Shown here: in pieces, positions 25,253 to 35,900 of the stretch | Numbering within the stretch: the stretch's first letter is position 1 | How the letters are laid out: each line of letters opens with the position of its first letter | Source: Macrostomum lignano | Taxonomy: Eukaryota | Direction of reading: 5' to 3' | Assembly: GCA_002269645.1 (NCBI GenBank) | Contig: NIVC01001814.1 | Span: forward strand, 62,001 to 126,000 | Length of the DNA: 64,000 nucleotides | Made by a program: the position numbers and the translations under genes | Notes under the pieces: generated by a model | The model's input: only the letters and a program-made list of their open reading frames with translations | Databases searched by the model: none | What the model was told of the DNA's origin: nothing

Positions 25253-26107
25253 AGTGTTCCGCCGCCGCGAGTTTTGACCTCCGTAACTGTAACCGTAGCC
25301 GTAAGAAAGAAGCAACTTCCGTAGCCGAATTTTGCCGTCATTACGGGCTAAAAAAGTCCGTAACCGTAATTTGCCGTAACCGTAGCTGTAATGTATAACA
25401 AAAATTGATATTTTTGCATGAAAAGTGGGGCAGACAGAAAAGGACAGATAAAAAGGATAAAAGGATAGCAATAAAACGTACCTGTTGTTCGTTCATGCAT
25501 TAATATTAATTTATTTTTTTCGTAAATATAATATCTTTATCTAAGTATTCTATAGCATTGTTGTATGCAATTGTGTGCTTGGTGCCTTTTTCAGTTTTCT
25601 GTGTTGTGATTCTGTTTTGTTTCGCTATAATATGCTAAGGAGCTAATTAATGCTACATATGGCTAAGAAATAAGAATGCCAGATTCTTAGTCTCTTGCAG
25701 GCTTTGACTGGCTCTCTCTGTCTCGCTGCTATCATGCTATCGCTATGCTATGCTATGCCGTATGCCTAATAAGAAAATTTGTGAAAAAATTCATTTTTCG
25801 TTTTCAAAAAGTTTCGTAGATATTTAGAAACTTAACAAATGTAAAAAATAATAATAACTAGTAAAACAAAATGAAAACTGGTTGAAGTTATAATAAAAAA
25901 ATTTTCTTTTATAACACTAAACAGTGAAAAATAAATAATTTTTGTTACGGCTACCAATTACGGCAAATCTAGAAAAATCTCCGTAATCCGTAACCGTAAC
26001 CGTAAGCTCAAAATATGTCCGTAACCGTAATCCGTAATGAAAATACGGCTTCAAAAGTGTCGTAGCCGTAATTTGCCATAGCCGTAGCCGTAATTACGGC
26101 GGAACTA
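25253..26107. mobile_element. Non-autonomous hAT-like DNA transposon (MITE)
   Basis: Ends TAGTGTTCCGCCG / CGGCGGAACTA are imperfect TIRs. Flanks TTTTTAGA / CTTTTAGA match 7 of 8 (8-bp TSD). Both ends carry clustered CCGTAA/CCGTAG motifs. Confidence 0.65.
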
Positions 26108-27689
26108 CTTTTAGAGTTTAAAGTATTAGGAGGTTAAAAGAAATAAAATTAACATGGAAACAAGTATCTAGTTTTGTTAGTCTGCAAATGAAACACATTA
26201 CAATGGATAATAATAGGACGCCATGCATGATGCATCTAGAAAAATTTGGGGCACTATTTCAGAGAAGTGCAGAAAATTCGCTATTTTTGGGGGTTTTATA
26301 CATGATATTATTACGAGTATTTGCTATGATAAATCTTAAAAAAATGACCTTTCATTCAACATCAAAATATGCCAATTAGTTTCATTTATAGATTTTAATT
26401 GTTGACCTTTCTAGAGAAATTTTTGCTGCAAAAATGCGCCAGACGCAGGTACGATGTCTAGGAATAAATTGTATTTTTCCGCACTTGAATTTCCACTATC
26501 TCGTGGATTTTCTAAACAAAACATTTTACTAAACATTTACAAGCCAAAAAGTTAGTTTTACGTGCCACGAATAAAAGCAGCCAAGTTAATCGCTTAAGTT
26601 ATAATTTTTATATAAAATTTTGTTTGATCAATTTTTTTAAGAAACCGATGCTATTTAAATATAAGTTTTTACCTATTTCTTTGCTGACCAAGCTTTGCAT
26701 TGCCATTGCCCAAAAAATTAGACGAAAAAATTATTTTGCTAGATTTTAAATTTTTTTGTCAAAACATGCGGGCATTAAACTATGCTTTTATGTAAATTTT
26801 CAGGCTTATATTTTCAATATTTACAAAATTATGATTTTTCTGCACTTTACTGTCAAAATTAAGATAGACCACGCTCTGGTCTTCACGTGTCTTACCAATG
26901 AAGAGCCATGTGTCTTCAATAGTATGTTATTAGTGTGAACAATCAGGTCTACTAGGTTCAAAAGATGAATTATAATGGCATGGTTGGGTAGCTTTACATG
27001 AATGTAAAGAACATCACAGTTAAACAAAGTAGGTAGGCACTCAATGACATGTTATGTTTGTTTTCTATTATTGACTATTCTACCACTTACTTTGCTTAAA
27101 GTTACTCAAAAGTTATTATTTTTAACAAAAAAATTTAATATGCAAAACTATAACGTATAAAAGAGCCCTAATACCAATAATACTCTAGTCTAGGCCTAAT
27201 CAATGGGAATGTACAATAGCTATTCTAAACTAGGCCTATAGCAAAAATGCTTGGCATGTTCTGTTCATACAAATACAATGAAGTCCTATTTTAAAAGCTC
27301 CAAGTTTCTCTAGTTGCACACATAACCTACACATAATTTAGGTTTAGGTAATCTGATTCCAAAAAATATTATGACTTTTAAACAGCTGAGCTTATTCTAA
27401 TCTTGGTTGCATTTCAATACCTTAATTGACTTAAATTAATAAATGCAAAATGGGTTTGTCTTTTTCACTTTTGAAAAATGGCAGTTGTTATTATTATGAT
27501 GACCATATAAATAACAAAACAGTTATTTTTACAGTTAACGTATAAGACACTATCTGGGCCTATGGTCTATACTTAATATAACTGTATAAATAGCAAAACT
27601 GTTATTTTATGGTCACTAGGGCCTATAGGTAGGAAGCAAATTGTCTATTTTTATGGTCATATAAAAAATTTCAGTTAAATTATAATGTA

Positions 27690-29192
27690 CAAAGGGTGTC
27701 CAAAAAGTAGTGATACTTTTAACCATAGCTCTCATTCTATAGCTTCCTGTAATTTAAAATTTTATGAACTGATAGCAGCAAATCTCTCTTACAAACTGCT
27801 TTTTGAATTTTTAAAATTGTTACCAGAGAACAAAAGTTATACCCATAAAAGTAACAGTACCTATACCATAGAGTTACACAAATTATAGGCTGAGCTTCTT
27901 CACAAGATCCATGCCAAGTAAGCTTTGATGAATTGTTGATTTTGGCTTGTCCAACCTGTCAGCAATCTCTCCTAAATGGTCATTTGGGAGTCCTCGTCAA
28001 GAAGATTCAGAATGTAGTCCGCTAGTACATTAGGTCAATGAACGTATGGCTGCCCTGTCCAATGCTGATCTGCCAAGTCAGTCCTTCCTTCGCTAAACTG
28101 CTTCATCCATCAATAAACTGTCATTTTGCTGACCGCAGAGAATCTGTGCACAGAGCAAAGTTTTGTGTGAATTTCTGAGACACTATGGCCAGCACCCCAA
28201 AGAGTGAAGATGGTACTTTGCTGAGCAACAACTGAGTGCACATCCATGTGTATTGTTGAGTATGGGCAATGAACTCATGAATGAATTGCAAAATGCAAGC
28301 TCCTCTGTTTGGAAGTAAAGTAATGAATTAAATGCTTTATTTTTCTGCGCATGATTCCATCCATACCCTATTGCAGCCAAGGTCTGAACCGCGCCGGACG
28401 CCCCCCTTTCACGCGCCAGACATCTACCCGTACTGCGCCAGGGCCAGTCCCCAGGATCAGTGATTTGGTTCAATTAGTCAGTCAATGGCTCGCCGCGCGC
28501 CGCGCGCCGCCGCCACACGCCACCCCACGCGCGCCGCCGCCACGCGCCGCGCCGCCGCCACGCGCCGCGCCGCCACCAGGCCAATCCGCGCTGGACGCCG
28601 TCCACGAAAATGGCCATTGGCTGCAATAGGGCATCCATAGACAAATTTTAGTCAGTCGCAGTGAGCATCATTTTGCAATTGGGCTTTGGTATTGCTTAAA
28701 CAAGACATTTATTGATGCCTTCTTAATGAATGAGTGCAGAAGTCGACTTATAAATTTCAATATAGTTTGTGTAACTCTATGGTACAGGTACTGTTACTTT
28801 TGTGGGTATAACTTTTGTTCTCTGGTATCAATTTTAAAAATTCAAAAAACCGTCTGTAGAAAAGATTTGCCACTATCAGTTCATAAAATTTTAAATCACA
28901 GGAAGCTATAGAACAAGAGCTACGGTTAAAAGTATCACTACTTTTTGGACACCCCTCGTAAAAAAGCAGTCTATAGAAGAGATTTGCCGCTATCAATTCA
29001 TAAAATTTTAAATCACAGGAAGCTATAGAACAAGAGCTACGGTTAAAAGTATCACTACTTTTTGGACACCCCTTGTAAAAAAGCAGTCTATAGAAGAGAT
29101 TTGCCGCTATCAATTCATAAAATTTTAAATCACATGAAGCTATAGAACAAGAGCTATGGTTAAAAGTATCACTACTTTTTGGACACCCCTCG
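27690..29192 (-). mobile_element. Defective mariner (Tc1/mariner) element with ~200-bp inverted ends
   Basis: TA|CAAAGGGTGTCCAAAAAGTAGTGATAC versus GTATCACTACTTTTTGGACACCCCTCG|TA. Internal HTH relic at ~27890-28170: EIHTKLCSVH..VSKMTVY*WMKQFSEGRTDL..LLDEDSQMTI*EIADRL..KSTIHQ. Confidence 0.85.
28366..28631. mobile_element. 266-bp MITE nested in the mariner relic
   Basis: Perfect 15-bp TIR CCCTATTGCAGCCAA (28366..28380 / 28617..28631). Perfect 8-bp TSD CATCCATA (28358..28365 / 28632..28639). GC-rich core. Confidence 0.88.
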
Positions 29193-30351
29193 TAATATCC
29201 TTTGCCTTGCCCTTGGGCATTTTACAGTTCTTAAGCAATGAAAGAAAGGGTAATATTGACTTATATTCAAACAAAAATGGCTGCAACAAAAACTTAATAA
29301 GAATTTTATTGTGACAGTCTTTTAATAGTTCTTCAATTTTATAATCATTTAAAAGTCTTTCTAGGAATAGTTCATTATAACCACAGAATGCTCAATCAAG
29401 CTCCCTGCAAAAAATTTTTGAGGCAAAAACTATTTGCTAGCTACACTTTTTCTAAAGTGAAGTGATTTGTGAGTAGTGCTGGCTTTTTTCATCAACCCAA
29501 GTGTATTGATATCAATTTTGCCATAGACTGTTTTTTGCTTGTCTTTCAGTTCATCTATCCTATCAATTTGATACCTAGTGTATAATAACTCAGCTTAGTT
29601 GCCTGCGTTCCTTAGATTTATACCCTTTTTGGCCATTCCAAATAAATTTCTTTATTCATCTCTCTCATCTTTGTATACATGCTTGCATTTACATCACTGG
29701 TGCAAAGCTCAACAGGTATTACTTCAAGCTGCCAGGAAGCGCGGAGCTCACAGTACAAGTACAGCTTCAGCAGAACAACGAAAGCTGCGATGCCTGTTAT
29801 CTACTAAAGTATAGGTTGCCTGTTCTTTGAGGCTTAAACTGCTGCTTATACTGCAGTTTTTAAACTGTTCTAGTTTGCAATTTTCATGCTAAATTTTCAT
29901 GTACAGCTATATCACGTATTCCAATTGCTTAAACTACTGCTCATACTGCTGTTTTTAAACTGTTCTAGTTTGCGTTGAATGCTCACAATTAATATCTACA
30001 TTTTCATGTCGCTACAGCTGATAATATACAACTGGGACCTTCTGTCCATAAAAATGTTGCCCCTCGAATGGACATACAAAAAGGTGACTACTTTTCAAAT
30101 TTCAGTTCTACTTATCTCTTCTTCACCTCAGGAGTAGTGTCTATGGTTTTATATTTTGGCTTTCAATTTGGAAGCTGATTGAGCATTCTGGTGTATTCTA
30201 TGATTATAACCTTTTTATTTTAAGGCTCACTATTAATACATAGATAATTTGAAGATAGGGTCTCATGCAATTGTTCAAATGTTTAACTTTTTATCATTAA
30301 ACAAATATTTTTTTATCAGATTTTCCCCTAATTTTTAACCCATGGTCATGG

Positions 30352-30506
30352 CTAGGCACATAGCTAGGATTTATGTCAGGGGGGACAGAGACATAAATCC
30401 ATCTCCAATGTTAGCAATGGAAGCAAAATACAAAGGCAATAAATAAATTTTCCACCTTTCAGGGAGAACATGTCCCTAGTGTCCCCCCTTTGGCTACGTC
30501 CCTAGT
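30352..30506. mobile_element. Possible old short MITE
   Basis: Ends CTAGGCACATAGCTAG / TTGGCTACGTCCCTAG are inverted with about 12 of 16 matches. No TSD confirmed. Confidence 0.35.
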
Positions 30507-31649
30507 CATAGCATTAGTTTTATTTCTGACTTCACAAATCCAAAATTAAATAATTAGGCCTTATTAGGTTAATAAATTATGATAGCTAGAATTTTTTAAG
30601 GTAAGGGTTAACTGTTGACTTGTTAGTCTAGTTTCATTTATTACATGTAAATTTTCAGCTTAGCTTCATTCATAGAATATAACTCTTATTGTAATTGTAT
30701 ATATATATATAATTTAGGATACTATAATAAAAATGACCACATGTGAAATAGCCATATGATAAAATAGCCACAGGGCCACAATGGCCACACAACAAAATGG
30801 CCAAATATAACAAATTTATAAGAAAGTATATTTTTTACTGTGCAGTTTTGGAAAGAAATTAAAATATGCTTTTAATTAAAAAGTTGTATTGTTATAAACT
30901 TTTATTTTTATTTGTTTTCTTTTGTTTCATTTTATCTCTGTTTTATTTTTATTTTTATTTTGTTCAATTTTTTTTTTACAATTGCAATTTAGAACTTTGA
31001 TAATTTTATTGGAATGTTAGAATGTCAAGTTGAATGAATTGTGTAACACTATATATATATAGTGTTACACAGAATAGAAACATTTAATTCTGCTACTTCT
31101 GCAAAAATATCATACTGAGCTATATCAAAATGTATTGTATACACAAATTATGTCCAACTTGTAAAGTTAAATGGTTATAATAATAACAAAAACATACATT
31201 AAATGCCTACTAATGAGCTATGCCATTGCAGATAATTTGTGCATCAGCATAACAACCAAAAATTGTTATATGGGGCCATTTTGTTGTTTGGTGGCCATCC
31301 CATATGTGACTGTTTTGATATGTATCCATATAATTCATGTTCATAATGCAAAAAAATCAAAATTATAGTATAGTATTTCAACTTCTATCTATTTAGCAAT
31401 ACATTTCCCAGCCAATAAGTAACCTTCCATATTGATTTTATTTATTCAAATTCAAAGTGCATATTTTTATAGCATATGTTATTATACATAAAAAGTAAAA
31501 TATTTATATAAAGCTTGCTTATATCATTTTGATTATTAAAGAATATAATAGTATGTATATATATATATTTTTACTATATTAGTATCTAGTGTTTTAGTGT
31601 CTTTAGATTCATATGTATTCTATTAATATGATTAAATATGCATATTATT

Positions 31650-32440
31650 CCAAAATACCATAATAGCCAGTTCTGGTAACTCAAATCAAACTCCCTTGAA
31701 TAGATACTTGACCCAAGGAAAGACAAAGAAGTTGTACAAGGCTATAGAGTGGATGCTAAAATATCTAGATATTGATTCTACTATATAAACTCAATATTTT
31801 GTTGAGCTATTTAGGTCAAGGCATTGTCCTGGTAGAATAGGAGCCCCAATGCATCTTTGGGCATCTCTCAACAATAGCTTGTTGCACCTGTGGTAGATAT
31901 AATGTCACATACCAGTTGGCAGTCACTTTTTGCTGTGTTTCTATTATAGAATAACTGCTACTAGAGTGCTACAAGCAAAAAATCATTATCTACATGGTGA
32001 CAAGACCAATTTTGAAAGTAGGCTGTTTACTACAGGGGCCTGTTGCAACAACTGCTATTTACTTTTGAGGTTGAAGCTTTACACTTGAGTCTCATCTTTA
32101 CTAATGACCTCCCAGGTGCTTGCTAACCTACCTTCATCAAATCTGTCTAGCTGGGCTTGGCACCAATCAACTTGAACTTGATTCTGCTCCTCAATTAGGT
32201 AAAGAAGTGCTTCATAGGCAGACATTTTGCTTAGCCCAAGCTTTTTATGCAGAATGGTTGATATACTTCCTGATGAAATGCCAATAGCAGTGGCTAACTG
32301 TTGCACCATTGTTCATGGATCATCAGTTGTTGAGCTTTGTGCTTGTCCAGCTTGACTCTATGTCTTTAAAGAGTGTACCAGTGTACAATGGTTGTTTTCT
32401 AAGTTGTACTATTGCCAAAGGCTAGGCAAAGCTGCTCTAG
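31650..32440 (-). mobile_element. Second degenerate mariner transposase relic
   Basis: GISSGSISTILHKKLGLSKMSA..EEQNQVQVDWC..ISKDETQV corresponds to the mariner HTH and the TGDETW first Asp. LLFYQDNA near 31830 corresponds to HDNA. No termini found. Confidence 0.7.
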
Positions 32441-32918
32441 GCATTTTCAACTAGTTTAAACCATATTTGTATTTGTAATAAATCTTTAAAACTGTTTTTC
32501 TAGTACATAACAAATATGATCCACAATATGGAGTCCACAATATGGAGGTCTAAACAAAACAACAGAAGGTCAAAATGGTGAATTAAAGGTGGTAAATTTT
32601 AGCAAAGATAGCAGTTTTTATGCAAAAAATAGATATGTTAAGTAAGACTATTTTTGGTTATTTGTGTCAAATGTTTGATATCACAATATACAATATTTTC
32701 GCCATCTTGTAAGATTCAACAGCTATTAAAAAATAAAACAGTTTTTAATATCAATTTGTTTTGAATTTGGTAGATATTAAATCCATAGCATGGCCCTTTC
32801 AATTAAATAATAGCTTAAATAAAACATTAAAATGAGTATAACTATTAACAAATCAGATGCGTTTAAGTGCAGTAATAATGTAATAATAACGTTTTCATAT
32901 TATTCAGCGGCCTAAACA

Positions 32919-35900
32919 ATGGCCTACAATGGCAACGAAAAGATCATTGATGACCCTGTCATGGTCAATGGAAAATTTGTTCGCAGTGTTGGGTCCAGAC
33001 CGAGCACCAGCATGTACAAGTACGTGTACTTGAAAGACGGCGACAAAGACTTCATGAAGCGGGCAGATCTCGCCGTTCGGGTTGGCGGCTCGCTCGGCGT
33101 TACGGTTGGCATTTTTCACTTGGCTACTTTTGGTCGCAATCCGAAGTTTCCTAGCAGATGGGAACCAATTTATAAGATTGGTGAGAATTTTCCTGCATCT
33201 TGATTGCATTTGGTAGTTAAGAGTTCTTTTAAACAGTTTTAAAAGGGATTTGTTTAGATTCAATGACTTCAGGCAATCTACATTCTTCCCTAAAGACTTC
33301 AGGCAATCTTCATCCTTCCCTAAAGACTTCAGGCAATCTTCATCCTTCCCTAAAGACTTCAGGCAATCTTCATCCTTCCCAAAAGACTTCAGGTAATCTG
33401 TGTCCTTCCCAAAAGACTTCAGGTAATCTGCATCCTTCCCAAAAGACTTCAGGTAATCTGCGTCCTTCCCAAAAGACTTCAGGTAATCTGCATCCTTCCC
33501 TAAATTAGACTTCAGGTAATCTTCATCCTTCCCTAAATTAGACTTCAGGTAATCTGCGTCCTTCCCTAAATTAGACTTCAGGTAATCTTCATCCTTCCCT
33601 AAATTAGACTTCAGGTAATCTTCATCCTTCCTAAATTAGACTTCAGGTAATCTGCATCCTTCCCTAAATTAGACTTCAGGTAATCTGCATCCTTCCCTAA
33701 ATTAGACTTCAGGTAATCTGCGTCCTTCCCTAAATTAGACTTCAGGTAATCTGCATCCTTCCCTAAAATAGACTTCAGGTAATCTGCATCCTTCCCTAAA
33801 ATAGACTTCAGGTAATCTGCATCCTTTCCAAAAGACTTCAGGTAATCTGCGTCCTTCCCTAAAATAGACTTCAGGTAATCTGCATCCTTCCCAAAAGACT
33901 TCAGGTAATCTGCATCCTTCCCTAAATTAGACTTCAGGTAATCTGCGTCCTTCCCAAAAGACTTCAGGTAATCTGCGTCCTTCCCAAAAGACTTCAGGTA
34001 ATCTGCGTCCTTCCCAAAGTTAGACTTCAGGTAATCTGCATCCTTCCCTAAATTAGACTTCAGGTAATCTTCATCCTTCCCTAAAGACTTCAGGTAATCT
34101 GCATCCTTCCCAAAAGACTTCAGGTAATCTGCATCCTTCCCTAAAATAGACTTCAGGTAATCTGCATCCTTCCCTAAATTAGACTTCAGGTAATCTGCGT
34201 CCTTCCCTAAATTAGACTTCAGGTAATCTGCGTCCTTCCCAAAAGACTTCAGGTAATCTGCGTCCTTCCCAAAAGACTTCAGGTAATCTGCGTCCTTCCC
34301 AAAGTTAGACTTCAGGTAATCTGCATCCTTCCCTAAATTAGACTTCAGGTAATCTTCATCCTTCCCTAAAGACTTCAGGCAATCTTCATCCTTCCCTAAA
34401 GACTTCAGGCAATCTTCATCCTTCCCAAAAGACTTCAGGTAATCTGTGTCCTTCCCAAAAGACTTCAGGTAATCTGCATCCTTCCCAAAAGACTTCAGGT
34501 AATCTGCGTCCTTCCCAAAAGACTTCAGGTAATCTGCATCCTTCCCTAAATTAGACTTCAGGTAATCTGCATCCTTCCCTAAATTAGACTTCAGGTAATC
34601 TGCGTCCTTCCCAAAAGACTTCAGGTAATCTGCGTCCTTCCCAAAGTTAGACTTCAGGTAATCTGCGTCCTTCCCAAAAGACTTCAGGTAATCTGCGTCC
34701 TTCCCAAAGTTAGACTTCAGGTAATCTGCATCCTTCCCTAAATTAGACTTCAGGCAATCTTCATCCTTCCCAAAAGACTTCAGGTAATCTGCGTCCTTCC
34801 CAAAAGACTTCAGGTAATCTGCATCCTTCCCTAAATTAGACTTCAGGTAATCTTCATCCTTCCCTAAATTAGACTTCAGGTAATCTGCGTCCTTCCCTAA
34901 ATTAGACTTCAGGTAATCTTCATCCTTCCCTAAATTAGACTTCAGTGTGTAATCTGCATCCTTCCCTAAATTAGACTTCAGGTAATCTGCATCCTTCCCT
35001 AAATTAGACTTCAGGTAATCTGCATCCTTCCCTAAATTAGACTTCAGGTAATCTGCGTCCTTCCCTAAAATAGACTTCAGGTAATCTGCATCCTTCCCTA
35101 AATTAGACTTCAGGTAATCTGCGTCCTTCCCAAAAGACTTCAGGTAATCTGCGTCCTTCCCAAAGTTAGACTTCAGGTAATCTGCATCCTTCCCTAAATT
35201 AGACTTCAGGTAATCTTCATCCTTCCCTAAAGACTTCAGGTAATCTGCATCCTTCCCAAAAGACTTCAGGTAAACTGCGTCCTTCCCAAAAGACTTCAGG
35301 TAATCTGCATCCTTCCCTAAATTAGACTTCAGGTAATCTTCATCCTTCCCTAAATTAGACTTCAGGTAATCTGCGTCCTTCCCTAAATTAGACTTCAGGT
35401 AATCTTCATCCTTCCCTAAATTAGACTTCAGTGTGTAATCTGCATCCTTCCCTAAATTAGACTTCAGGTAATCTGCATCCTTCCCTAAATTAGACTTCAG
35501 GTAATCTGCGTCCTTCCCAAAAGACTTCAGGTAATCTGCGTCCTTCCCAAAGTTAGACTTCAGGTAATCTGCATCCTTCCCTAAAGACTTCAGGTAATCT
35601 GCATCCTTCCCTAAAGATTTCAGGCAATCCTCATCCTTCCCTAAAGACTTCATGTAATCTTCATCCTTCCCTAAAGACTTCAGGCAATCCTCATCCTTCC
35701 CTAAAGACTTCAGGTAATCTTCATCCTTCCCTAAAGACTTCAGGCAATCCTCATCCTTCCCTAAAGACTTCAGGCAATCCTCATCCTTCCCTAAAGACTT
35801 CAGGCAATCCTCATCCTTCCCTAAAGACTTCATGTAATCTTCATCCTTCCCTAAAGACTTCAGGCAATCCTCATCCTTCCCTAAAGACTTCAGGTAATCT

